Shown here piece by piece: positions 17,453 to 26,292 of a DNA stretch of 32,000 bases (position 1 is the first letter of the stretch; every line of letters begins with the position of its first letter). The stretch covers positions 30,001 through 62,000 of the forward strand of contig NQJD01000003.1 of NCBI GenBank assembly GCA_004284765.1, read 5' to 3'. Source of the stretch: Candidatus Electronema aureum (GTDB lineage Bacteria; Desulfobacterota; Desulfobulbia; Desulfobulbales; Desulfobulbaceae). A model generated the notes under the pieces. It was not told the origin of the DNA and did no database searches. It saw only the letters and a list, made by a program, of their open reading frames with translations. A program made the translations under genes and the position numbers.

Positions 17453-17540
17453 CTGTAGGGGCAGAGACCCCCCTGTGTCTGCCCTTGTTTGCATCAGGCA
17501 CCAGCAGGGCAGGGTGGCCACAGGGGGCCGCCCCTACGAG
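17453..17540. repeat. GC-rich hairpin repeat doublet (units B1 plus-oriented, B2 minus-oriented)
   Basis: B1 (17455-17484) is GTAGGGGCAGAGACCCCCCTGTGTCTGCCC. B2 (17512-17537) read on the minus strand is GTAGGGGCGGCCCCCTGTGGCCACCC. Confidence 0.7.
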
Positions 17541-17558
17541 GCCGCCGCGAGACCTGTA

Positions 17559-17660
17559 AATACTGTTGTCCGCGTCAAGCACCATGCCGGGCCGGATCGA
17601 ACATTCTGCCTATTTAAGGACACCGATGGCATCCGGCTCTCCTTGTATGAGGAGAGTTAT
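17559..17660 (+). pseudogene. C-terminal remnant of a VOC/glyoxalase-family gene
   Basis: The frame of ORF 17412..17744 encodes ..VRVKHHAGPDRTFCLFKDTDGIRLSLYEE, which resembles the terminal beta-strand motif (F.DPDG..iEL.E) of glyoxalase/bleomycin-resistance proteins. No N-terminal part is present, and upstream sequence in this frame is repeat-derived. Confidence 0.3.
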
Positions 17661-17711
17661 ATTCCAGTTGCGATAAATCTCAATCGGAATATAAATGATA
17701 GTTCATCATAC

Positions 17712-17742
17712 AAGGGGAGGATGCCCTTGTGGCTACCCCCTT
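17712..17742 (+). repeat. GC-rich hairpin repeat, degenerate unit D
   Basis: AAGGGGAGGATGCCCTTGTGGCTACCCCCTT aligns with minus-read B2 (GTAGGGGCGGCCCCCTGTGGCCACCC). Confidence 0.45.
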
Positions 17743-17792
17743 AAAGAGACCTATTTATCAACGTAGTGTTGCATCAGTCCTAAAGGAAAGTA

Positions 17793-18698
17793 ATGACCAA
17801 ACAACGTTCAACCAACTGGCTCAAGACAAGCCTCAGTTGCCCTGAAACCGCCGTAGAAGCCGTCACTGATTTGATCGGCGTGCTCAGTGGTTCCGCAGTG
17901 GAGCAGACTCCGGTCAAAGACGGCATGAGTCAAGTGAGCGGCTTCTTCCAGTTCGAGACTCCAGATGAGCAGGAACAGCAGCGTCGCCACCTTGAGGTAG
18001 AACTGACCGAACTTTTTGCTGTATATAACCTTCCTACGCCGCAGTTAGTGTGTTCAATCATCGATGATGAGGATTGGGCTACGTCGTGGCAGCAGTTTTT
18101 TACTCCGTTTGCAATTGTGCCTAATCTCATTATCAAGCCCAGCTGGGAAAGCTATATCGTCCAGCCCGGCGAGCAGGTAATTGAAATAGACCCAGGTATG
18201 GCTTTTGGTACGGGCCAGCACGCTTCGACTAAGTTAGCCCTCGGCTTAATCCAAAGCTGCTTTCAGGATGGCTTACCGCAAAAAGTTTTGGATGTCGGTA
18301 CGGGCACGGGTATTCTGGCAATGGCAGCTACTCTGTTTGGCGCAAAAGAAGTAACTGCTATTGACAATGATCCAGAGGCAGTGACAGTGGCAGTAGAAAA
18401 TGTTACTCGCAACCAACTTGCAGATAGGATTGCCATCTCAGCAACTGATCTTACCGAGATCACCGGGAGCTTTGATTTAATCTGTGCGAATATCCTCCAC
18501 GATGTGCTGGTGGAAATGGCTCCGACCATTACCCAACGGTTAGTGGCCAAAGGAAAAGTTGTTTTAGCTGGCATTCTACGTGGGACGCAGGAAGAGAACA
18601 TTATCCGCGTCTATGGCAAGCTGGGCCTGAGCGTGGAGCGCGTTGCCTATGAAGACGAGTGGGTTGGTCTCTTGCTGACGGCCTCAGCAGAGGCTTGA
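17793..18698 (+). CDS. prmA: ribosomal protein L11 methyltransferase
   Basis: IDPGMAFGTGQHASTKLAL, the SAM motif LDVGTGTGILAMAA, and AIDNDPEAV. Confidence 0.9.
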   Translation: MTKQRSTNWLKTSLSCPETAVEAVTDLIGVLSGSAVEQTPVKDGMSQVSGFFQFETPDEQEQQRRHLEVELTELFAVYNLPTPQLVCSIIDDEDWATSWQQFFTPFAIVPNLIIKPSWESYIVQPGEQVIEIDPGMAFGTGQHASTKLALGLIQSCFQDGLPQKVLDVGTGTGILAMAATLFGAKEVTAIDNDPEAVTVAVENVTRNQLADRIAISATDLTEITGSFDLICANILHDVLVEMAPTITQRLVAKGKVVLAGILRGTQEENIIRVYGKLGLSVERVAYEDEWVGLLLTASAEA

Positions 18699-18780
18699 CG
18701 GCTATTGCTGGATGCAGTAACTTGCTGTTAGCGCAGGCGGGGTCGTTGCTTCTCCCCTCCAACCTAACAAGAGGAACGAG

Positions 18781-19674
18781 ATGAAAAAAATACGCAAAGC
18801 TGTCATCCCAGTAGCTGGACTTGGCACCCGTTTTCTGCCTGCTACTAAGTCTATTCCCAAAGAGATGCTCACGATTGTGGATCGCCCTACGATTCAGTAC
18901 ATCGTCGAGGAAGTGGTAGCTTCGGGCATCGAGGAAGTTATTCTAATCACCTCTGATGGGAAGTCAGCAATCGAAAACCATTTCGATTACAATTTTGAAT
19001 TAGACACCATTCTCAAAGAGAAGAATAAAGATGAGCTACGAGAAGAGTTAGCTCGTACCTCCAGTCTGATTGAGATTGTTTCTGTCCGACAGAAGAAACC
19101 GCTGGGCTTGGGTCATGCTATCTGGATGGCCCGCAACGTAATCGGTGATGAACCCTTTCTGGTGCTGCTCGGTGATGATTTAGTACGAAGCGAAAAGCCC
19201 TGCTGTCGGCAGATGCTTGACCTGTATGAGCAAGTGGGAGAGTCTATCGTCGCGATTCAGCGAGTGCCGATGGAGCAAACGTGTCAGTATGGCATTGTGG
19301 AAGGAGAAGCACTTGACATTGAACGTACCTTCAAGGTAAGCAGGATGGTGGAAAAGCCAGCTCCAGGTACGAGTGATTCGGACATGGCTATCATTGGTCG
19401 CTACCTGCTGATGCCTGAGATATTTGAAATACTCGGTACCACTACACCCGGCCACGGCGGTGAGATTCAGCTTACCGATGCACTACAAGCTCTGTCTCGG
19501 CAGCGAGGTATGTACGCGTATGAATTCACAGGCAGACGGTACGATGCGGGCGACAAGCTTGGTTATCTCAAGGCGATTGTCGATGTAGCCATGAGCCATC
19601 CCACGTTGGGTGAACCGTTCCGCCAGCATTTGGCCGATATCTGTCCCAGCGGTTGCAAAACCCATCAACCTTGA
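18781..19674 (+). CDS. galU: UTP--glucose-1-phosphate uridylyltransferase
   Basis: KAVIPVAGLGTRFLPATKSIPKEML, VEKP, and IGRYLL..IF. Confidence 0.92.
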   Translation: MKKIRKAVIPVAGLGTRFLPATKSIPKEMLTIVDRPTIQYIVEEVVASGIEEVILITSDGKSAIENHFDYNFELDTILKEKNKDELREELARTSSLIEIVSVRQKKPLGLGHAIWMARNVIGDEPFLVLLGDDLVRSEKPCCRQMLDLYEQVGESIVAIQRVPMEQTCQYGIVEGEALDIERTFKVSRMVEKPAPGTSDSDMAIIGRYLLMPEIFEILGTTTPGHGGEIQLTDALQALSRQRGMYAYEFTGRRYDAGDKLGYLKAIVDVAMSHPTLGEPFRQHLADICPSGCKTHQP

Positions 19675-21932
19675 TAGAAAGCAGTAGCCTTCCTTTATAC
19701 GAAGTTGCGGTTACTGCGCCAATTCCCGGCACCCTAACCTACAGCCAGCCAGAGGGAATTGTTGAGCCTTTGCCCGTAGGAAGTAAGGTATTGGCTCCGT
19801 TAGGTGGTCGGCTGATCACTGGCTATGTCCTGGCGCAGCTGCCGAATCAAGCTGAGTTCACTGGTAACGTCAAACCGTTATCTGAGTGCCTTGAGTGCGA
19901 GCCGTTCTTTCCTGCATCACTGATTCCCTTTTTCCGTTGGGTAGCTGATTATTACCATCACCCCATCGGTGAGGTAATCCGCACCGCTTTGCCCGCTGGG
20001 TTGTCATCTGTTTCTAATAGCGCAGCAGTCAGAGCAAAAACCGAAACTGTCGTCCGCCTTTGCGCTCCGCCGTCTGATCAGTCCGCCACAAAGCTCAAAC
20101 AATCTGAACAGAAAACCTTAGATATCTTCTTTCAACACTGCGGCGGGAGTCTCATCATGCCGCGCCGAGAACTGACTCGGCTGTACGCTGGCGCGAGCAA
20201 AGCACTGCATGGATTAGCTGAAGCCGGGTTGATTCGCTTGGAAGAGCGGCAGGTTTTGCGTGATCCATTCGGTGACACGTTACCCTTTTTTGATCGCCCG
20301 GAGATATTGACCGAAGAGCAGACTGCGGCTCTCAGCGCAATCACTGCTGCAATGGATGCAGGACAGTTTCAGCCTTTCCTACTCCACGGTGTGACGGGTT
20401 GCGGTAAAACCGAGATTTATCTGCGCGCGACAGAACACTGCCTTGCTCAACGAAAGAACGTGCTGGTCTTAGTACCAGAGCTGGCGTTATCCACTCAGAT
20501 TGAGGCCCATTTTTATTCTCGCTTCGGCGATACAATGGCAGTGCTGCACAGTGGGTTATCAGCAGGAGAACGCTTTGATCAGTGGCAGCGCATCATGCGG
20601 CAGAAGGTAACCATCGCAGTTGGAGCGCGGTCAGCAGTCTTTGCGCCTTTTGCCAATCTCGGTTTGGTGATCGTCGATGAGGAGCATGAGGCAGCCTACA
20701 AGCAGGATGATGGGTTGCGCTATAACGGGCGGGACATGGCTGTGCTTCGGGCGCGTTTTGCTGCCTGTCCGGTACTGCTCGGCTCGGCTACCCCCTCAGT
20801 GGGCAGCTTTTATCACGCCGAACAGGGCAAATACCGATTACTCACCCTGCACAAACGGATTGATGGCCAGAGCTTACCCTCAGTTGAAATCGTTGATCTG
20901 GGGAAAACAAAACGACCTCGTACAGACTGGTTTTTCTCTGAGCAACTCCTGACCGCCTTACGAGACAACGTAGCCCAAGGCCTGCAAAGTTTGCTCTTTG
21001 TCAACCGGCGCGGCTATGCTTCGTTCATGCTCTGTCAGGATTGTAGCTCGGTAGTCCGCTGTCGGAATTGTAAAGTTTCTCTGACGTTACATCGAGGCAG
21101 CGAGCGACTGATCTGCCACTACTGTGGTTACTCAGTCCGCCCAGATATCCTTTGCCCAGAATGCGGTTCTGGTTCGTTAGTTGGATTAGGTATCGGTTCG
21201 GAACGAATCGAAGCAGAGGTGAAGCGGCTTTTTCCTCAAGCCAGAGTAGCTCGGTTGGATAGCGATACCGCAGGCAACCGCCGGGCATATATGGCTCTGC
21301 TCCAGCAGGTACGTGAGTTGGAAATTGACATCTTAGTTGGTACGCAGATGGTGGCTAAAGGGCTTCATTTTCCGCGAATAACTTTGGTCGGTGTAGTTTG
21401 GGCAGACAGCGGCTTAGGAATGCCTGACTATAAGGCAGCAGAGCGCTCCTTTCAATTGCTGGCGCAAGTGACTGGCAGAGCAGGGCGGGGCGAGCATCCG
21501 GGCCGAGTGATTATTCAGACCCATCAGCCGGGGCATTACGTGCTGGAAGCTGCCCGTTGTCACGAGTATCAAGCGATGTATGCACAGGAGATCGAATTGC
21601 GGGCACAGCTCGGTTATCCGCCTTTTGGTAGGCTGATCAATCTTCGGTTTAGTGGGGAAGAGGAACAAGAGGTGGAAGCCGCAGCCAAGGCAGCAGCGGA
21701 TTTCTTGCGGATAGCAGCGGCAAAGGATACTACGCCGGTGGATATACTCGGTCCAGCACCGTCGCCGTTATCGCTGATTAAAAACCGTTTCCGCTGGCAG
21801 GTGTTGCTCAAAAGTGGACAACCAGAGCAGCTGCATCGGCTCTGCAATCAACTTATAACAGAGAAGAAACAACAAATTTGCCGCAAGAGCGTGAGAATGG
21901 GGATCGACGTTGACCCAGAGAACATGATGTGA
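19653..21932 (+). CDS. priA: primosomal protein N' (replication restart helicase PriA)
   Basis: Walker A GVTGCGKTE, VIVDEEHE, and a four-CxxC zinc-binding region (CQDCSSVVRCRNC..CHYCG..CPECGS). There is no in-frame ATG near the 5' end, so the start must be TTG 19653 or TTG 19671. Either start overlaps the end of galU. Confidence 0.92.
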   Translation: MQNPSTLIESSSLPLYEVAVTAPIPGTLTYSQPEGIVEPLPVGSKVLAPLGGRLITGYVLAQLPNQAEFTGNVKPLSECLECEPFFPASLIPFFRWVADYYHHPIGEVIRTALPAGLSSVSNSAAVRAKTETVVRLCAPPSDQSATKLKQSEQKTLDIFFQHCGGSLIMPRRELTRLYAGASKALHGLAEAGLIRLEERQVLRDPFGDTLPFFDRPEILTEEQTAALSAITAAMDAGQFQPFLLHGVTGCGKTEIYLRATEHCLAQRKNVLVLVPELALSTQIEAHFYSRFGDTMAVLHSGLSAGERFDQWQRIMRQKVTIAVGARSAVFAPFANLGLVIVDEEHEAAYKQDDGLRYNGRDMAVLRARFAACPVLLGSATPSVGSFYHAEQGKYRLLTLHKRIDGQSLPSVEIVDLGKTKRPRTDWFFSEQLLTALRDNVAQGLQSLLFVNRRGYASFMLCQDCSSVVRCRNCKVSLTLHRGSERLICHYCGYSVRPDILCPECGSGSLVGLGIGSERIEAEVKRLFPQARVARLDSDTAGNRRAYMALLQQVRELEIDILVGTQMVAKGLHFPRITLVGVVWADSGLGMPDYKAAERSFQLLAQVTGRAGRGEHPGRVIIQTHQPGHYVLEAARCHEYQAMYAQEIELRAQLGYPPFGRLINLRFSGEEEQEVEAAAKAAADFLRIAAAKDTTPVDILGPAPSPLSLIKNRFRWQVLLKSGQPEQLHRLCNQLITEKKQQICRKSVRMGIDVDPENMM

Positions 21933-21943
21933 AAAAGATGTCC

Positions 21944-21975
21944 CGGCAGGAAAAAAAGGAGGAGTAAACCTGCCG
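21944..21975. terminator. weak hairpin between convergent priA and a hypothetical gene
   Basis: CGGCAGG (21944-21950) / CCTGCCG (21969-21975) with an 18-nt A-rich loop and no clear U-tract. Confidence 0.25.
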
Positions 21976-22002
21976 AGACACCCGGGTTGAGCGTAATGAA
22001 AG

Positions 22003-22488
22003 TCAGGAACCTTGTGAAGAACCTGCAAGAATTCCTTTCCGATACGGGATGCCATGCTGGCGGAGCAGGCTCCCGTATTCGCCACAGAGCTGATTCCAGT
22101 CTTTCTTCAGCCCACAACTGCCCATGAATTCCATAACAATGGAAGGCAGCTGAAGCAGTAAACCAGTTTCCCGCGCTTTGAGGATCATCTGCTGGCGCAG
22201 ACTGAACAGCTCTCCAGCTATTTTAGCACTCAAGGTTGTGCTGCTACCAACTTCCCCGATCAGGGCGCAGTCCGCAGCCTGCCTTGACACCAAGTTTTTT
22301 AGCGCAGCTTTTCTTGTTTCAAGAACAAGGGCTTCTTTTTTAGCTGAAGCCTTTTGAGGAAGCAAACACAGTCCGGTTTTTGAGTCGCAGGGCTGTGCCT
22401 CCGCAGCGTACAGACCGGTTGAGGCTATAACGTTGACCGCGATAGCAGCGACAATGATAACTTTTCCCGTTTTCTGTGCAGTATTCAT
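22003..22488 (-). CDS. hypothetical exported protein
   Basis: 161-aa ORF with a signal-peptide-like N-terminus (KVIIVAAIAVNVIASTGLYAAEA). SD AAGAGG lies 7 nt before the ATG. I recognise no family. Confidence 0.55.
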   Translation of the reverse strand: MNTAQKTGKVIIVAAIAVNVIASTGLYAAEAQPCDSKTGLCLLPQKASAKKEALVLETRKAALKNLVSRQAADCALIGEVGSSTTLSAKIAGELFSLRQQMILKARETGLLLQLPSIVMEFMGSCGLKKDWNQLCGEYGSLLRQHGIPYRKGILAGSSQGS

Positions 22489-22543
22489 ACAAGTGCCTCT
22501 TACGTTCGCTTAGTCTGAGTAATGCGAAATCTGTGCCAGTTTT

Positions 22544-22573
22544 ATTATATAATGTACAGCAACCTTATGTCAC
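22544..22573 (-). promoter_or_regulatory. candidate sigma-70 promoter for the exported-protein gene
   Basis: Read on the minus strand: GTGACA (22573-22568), an 18-nt spacer, then TATAAT (22549-22544), about 55 nt upstream of ATG 22488. Confidence 0.35.
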
Positions 22574-22733
22574 TGGGAAAAATGCTTTTTTTATTTTTCC
22601 CCAGCCAGTCTGCGTAGTTGCCTTCTCTTTTCTTTGGGTAGAAATTACCCACGCGGTGGGATAATGTGAGTACAAATTACCCGACCACGGTTCCTCCGTT
22701 CAGCCACGCTGTTCTGTCCACTGCTCATACCTT

Positions 22734-24674
22734 TTGACGGGCCTCGCTGCAACGGGTACACTTGCACTGCGCTCGTTTTCCTTCCCACTGAACTCTTGCC
22801 CGACTGAAAAAGACGTGACTGAACAGCATCATTACGACGAATCCAAGATCAAGACCCTCAGCTCGCTGGAGCACATCCGCAAACGGCCGGGCATGTACAT
22901 TGGCCGCTTAGGCAGCGGCTCTGATCCCGATGACGGCATCTACATTTTGCTGAAAGAGGTCATCGACAACGCGGTGGATGAGTACATCATGGGCTGCGGC
23001 AAGCAGATCGAGATTGCTGTGGAGGCAACAGGTCGCTGTCGGGTGCGGGATTACGGGCGCGGCATTCCGCTGGGCAAGGTGGTGGAGTGCGTCTCGGTCA
23101 TCAACACCGGGGCCAAGTACAACACCGAGGTCTTCCAGTTCTCGGTCGGATTGAACGGCGTGGGCACCAAGGCAGTCAACGCCCTGTCCGCGCAGTTTCG
23201 GGTCTGCTCGTTCCGAGAGGGCCGCTACAAGCAGGCGGACTTTGTCTGCGGTGAGCTAATCCAAGAAGAAGAAGGGCAGAGCAGCGAAAAGAACGGCACC
23301 TTAGTCGAATTTCTGCCTGATCAGCAGCTCTTTCCCAGCTTCACCTTTGATCTCAGCTATGTGGATCAGCGGCTTTGGCGGTATGCGTATCTCAATGCCG
23401 GGCTGCGTCTGGCTCTAACTTGCCCGGATGAGGCCGAGGGCAAGGCGAAAAAGAAGCTCTACTATTCGGAAAAAGGGCTGCCTGATCTGCTCGAACGGGA
23501 ATTGGACGGCAGAGGCATCTATCCGGCTATTCAGCATAAAGAACATGCGCTCGAATTCGCTTTCACCCATACCGATGAATATACAGAAAATTACTATTCA
23601 TTCGTCAACGGCACCTATACTTCCGAAGGTGGTACCCATCTTTCCGCCTTTCGTGAGGGTATCCTCAAGGGCGTGAACGAGTTCTCGGGTAAAAAATACA
23701 CAGGCGAGGATGTGCGCGACGGTTTAGTCGGTATTTTAGCGGTGAAAGTACAAGAGCCGGTCTTTGAATCGCAGACCAAGAACAAGCTCGGCAATACCGA
23801 TATCCGCGCTTGGATTGTCAATGCCGTCCGCGAGGCCGTGGCAACTCATCTCTACAAGCAGCCAGAGACCGCCGAGGTTCTGTTGAGCAAAGTGCAGCGC
23901 AATGAGCGCATTCGCAAGGAACTACAGACCGTCCGCAAAGAGGCCAAGGCGCAAGCCAAGAAGGTCGCCTTCAAAATACCCCAGCTCAAGGACTGCAAAT
24001 ACCATCCCCAGCGCGGCAACGCCTCCAAGCCGGGCGAAGAGAACATGGTTTTCATCACCGAAGGTCAGTCCGCTGCCGGTTCGATTGTCTCGTCACGCGA
24101 TCCGATGACGCAGGCGGTCTTTTCGCTCAAGGGCAAGCCAATGAATGTTTTTGGCCAGCGGCTTGATTTGCTCTACAAGAACGAAGAAATGTATGCGTTG
24201 ATGCAGAGTTTGAATGTCGAAGATTCGGTTGCCGATCTCCGCTTTGACCGCGTTATTCTCGCCACCGATGCAGACGTGGACGGCCTGCATATTCGCAACC
24301 TCCTGCTGACCTTCTTCCTCCATTACTTTGAGCAATTGATCAGGCAAGGGCATGTCTATATCTTGGAAACACCGATCTTCCGAGCGCGGAATAAACAGAA
24401 GACCATCTACTGCTACTCAGAGCGAGAGAAAGACGAAGCCGTGGCCGCGCTCAAGGGCGAGAGCAGTGGCAATGTGGAAGTTACCCGCTTCAAAGGTCTG
24501 GGCGAAATCTCGCCGCCAGAGTTCAAGCAGTTCATCGGCCTGGACATGCGCATCCAGCAAGTGCGGATCGACAACTTGGCTGAGGTTTATGGCCTGTTAG
24601 AGTTCTACATGGGCAAAAATACGCCCGACCGCCGCCAGTACATCATGGAGCATCTCACCTTGAGGCCGGTGTGA
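22734..24674 (+). CDS. type IIA DNA topoisomerase subunit B (short ParE/GyrB family form)
   Basis: HIRKRPGMYIG, the ATPase N-box EVIDNAVDE, YGRGIP, GLNGVG, the QTK loop SQTKNKLGN, the TOPRIM motifs EGQSAAGS and DADVDGLHIRNLLLTFF, and RFKGLGE. No ATG precedes the conserved N-terminus, so the start is TTG 22734 or GTG 22815. Confidence 0.88.
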   Translation: MTGLAATGTLALRSFSFPLNSCPTEKDVTEQHHYDESKIKTLSSLEHIRKRPGMYIGRLGSGSDPDDGIYILLKEVIDNAVDEYIMGCGKQIEIAVEATGRCRVRDYGRGIPLGKVVECVSVINTGAKYNTEVFQFSVGLNGVGTKAVNALSAQFRVCSFREGRYKQADFVCGELIQEEEGQSSEKNGTLVEFLPDQQLFPSFTFDLSYVDQRLWRYAYLNAGLRLALTCPDEAEGKAKKKLYYSEKGLPDLLERELDGRGIYPAIQHKEHALEFAFTHTDEYTENYYSFVNGTYTSEGGTHLSAFREGILKGVNEFSGKKYTGEDVRDGLVGILAVKVQEPVFESQTKNKLGNTDIRAWIVNAVREAVATHLYKQPETAEVLLSKVQRNERIRKELQTVRKEAKAQAKKVAFKIPQLKDCKYHPQRGNASKPGEENMVFITEGQSAAGSIVSSRDPMTQAVFSLKGKPMNVFGQRLDLLYKNEEMYALMQSLNVEDSVADLRFDRVILATDADVDGLHIRNLLLTFFLHYFEQLIRQGHVYILETPIFRARNKQKTIYCYSEREKDEAVAALKGESSGNVEVTRFKGLGEISPPEFKQFIGLDMRIQQVRIDNLAEVYGLLEFYMGKNTPDRRQYIMEHLTLRPV

Positions 24675-26292
24675 AGGGATACTGCTCCTCCGCCCACGCT
24701 GCCAGCTTCTCCCTGAATATCTTGGCATTGTGGCGGATATCTACCGGGAAGCCGGGATGAATGAGGAAGGTCTTGATCGAAGCGGTGAGCGAGTTGTCCG
24801 CAGCGAGCTGCCGCAGCTCGTTGAAGAGCCGCCGCTCGTCCGGCACCTTCTCCTTCAGCTCTACAATCAGCACCGGCTTTTGCGCGCCAGCTTTGCCCAC
24901 ACCCACTAAGGCCGAGCGCAGCACCTGCGGGTGCTCGTTGAAAATGGCCTCGCAGCAGATGGTGTGCATCGGCCCGGCAGCGGTGAGCACACGGTGCGCC
25001 TTGCGGCCGCAGAACCACAGTCTTCCCTGCTCGTCCACGTAGCCGACATCGCCCATGCGGTGCCAGAAGCCGCTGCCGTCCCGCACCTTTGCCAGCCGCG
25101 TCTCCGCCTCGTTGCCGTCATAAGCCCGTGTCACCACCGGCCCTTTCACCACGATCTCGCCGATCCTGCCCACAGGCAGCTGCTGCGCATCGCTCCATTC
25201 TGCCAGTGGCCCGTTGACCGGCCTGATGATCTGCACGCTCATGCCCGGCAGTGGCCTGCCCACACAAGCACCTTGGCCGATGCGCGTCTTCGGCCATGTC
25301 TCCCGCAGGATCTCCTCGCCGGTGATCGAGACCGAAGGCAGGCTCTCGGTCGCGCCATACGGGGTATAAATCGTTCCTCCCTCCGGCATAATCTGCTGCA
25401 CGCGACTGATCAGCTCGCCAGAGACCGGCGCGCCTGCCATCAGCACTTTCTTAACCGGCAGAGTGATGCCCGCAGCTATGCAGTGGCGGCTGACCACGTT
25501 CCAGATTGCCGGAGAGCCAAAGGAATACGTCACCTGCCAGTCGAGCATGGAGCGGACGAACTTAGCCGGGTTGACCTGCGCCGGCCGCGTGGGATCCATG
25601 TCCGGGATCACCGCCGCTGCGCCGAGGGCCGCTGCAAAGAGGCCGAAGAGCGGGAAGCCGGGCTGGTCGATGTCGCCTGACCCGATGCCGTAGTAGTCGC
25701 GGATCAGTTTGAGCTGATTGAAGAAAATGCCGTGGGTGTACTGCACGCCCTTTGGCGGCCCGGTCGAGCCGGTGGTGAAAATAACAGCGGCAAGCTCGTC
25801 CTCGGTAGTCACGGCGGGGCTGAAATCTGCGCTCACACGCTTGCAGGCCGCAGCCAGCGTGCTGCCGCCGAGGCCAAAGGACGGCCCGACGCAAACGCGC
25901 CGCCGCACGGTTTTGAATGGCTTGGGAAAAAGCCGCGAGAAGAGCTGCGCCGCTGGAATGCCGATCAGTGCTTCCGGCTTGACCGCGCCGATGCAGCGGA
26001 GCAGGTTCCGGTAGCCCATGCCCGGATCGATGAGGATCACCACCGCGCCGAGCTGGAACAGGGCAAAGGTGAGGGCGATGAAGTCCAGCGAGGGCCGCAC
26101 CATGAACATCACCCGCTGGCCGCGCTCCACGCCTTGCCCTTGCAAAGCGTTGGCATAACGGCAGCTTGTCTCCAGCAGCTCGCGGAAAGTCCACTGCTCG
26201 TACTGTCCGTTCTTGCCAGTGACTAAGGCGAGCGCGTCAGGCCGCGCTGCGGCGGATTCATGCAAGGCCGCGCCGATGTTGCAGTTAGTCAT
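24655..26292 (-). CDS. AMP-dependent synthetase/ligase of the OleC-like (olefin beta-lactone synthetase / fatty-acid-CoA-ligase family) type
   Basis: MTNCNIGAAL.., MVRPSLDFIALTFALFQLGAVVILIDPG, FTTGSTGPPKGV, VIPDMDPTRPAQVNP, YGATE, HRMGDVGYVDEQGRLWFCGRK and FPVDIRHNAKI. These match the Xanthomonas OleC pattern as I recall it. ATG 26292 lies within ORF track 24655..26373. Confidence 0.8.
   Translation of the reverse strand: MTNCNIGAALHESAAARPDALALVTGKNGQYEQWTFRELLETSCRYANALQGQGVERGQRVMFMVRPSLDFIALTFALFQLGAVVILIDPGMGYRNLLRCIGAVKPEALIGIPAAQLFSRLFPKPFKTVRRRVCVGPSFGLGGSTLAAACKRVSADFSPAVTTEDELAAVIFTTGSTGPPKGVQYTHGIFFNQLKLIRDYYGIGSGDIDQPGFPLFGLFAAALGAAAVIPDMDPTRPAQVNPAKFVRSMLDWQVTYSFGSPAIWNVVSRHCIAAGITLPVKKVLMAGAPVSGELISRVQQIMPEGGTIYTPYGATESLPSVSITGEEILRETWPKTRIGQGACVGRPLPGMSVQIIRPVNGPLAEWSDAQQLPVGRIGEIVVKGPVVTRAYDGNEAETRLAKVRDGSGFWHRMGDVGYVDEQGRLWFCGRKAHRVLTAAGPMHTICCEAIFNEHPQVLRSALVGVGKAGAQKPVLIVELKEKVPDERRLFNELRQLAADNSLTASIKTFLIHPGFPVDIRHNAKIFREKLAAWAEEQYPFTPASR

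Noticed and set aside
24931-26226. Long alternative-frame ORFs (249, 210, 164, 98 aa) inside the ligase gene
   Set aside because: They are Arg/Ala/Pro-rich shadow ORFs typical of a GC-rich coding region. The OleC-like frame has clear family motifs across its full length.
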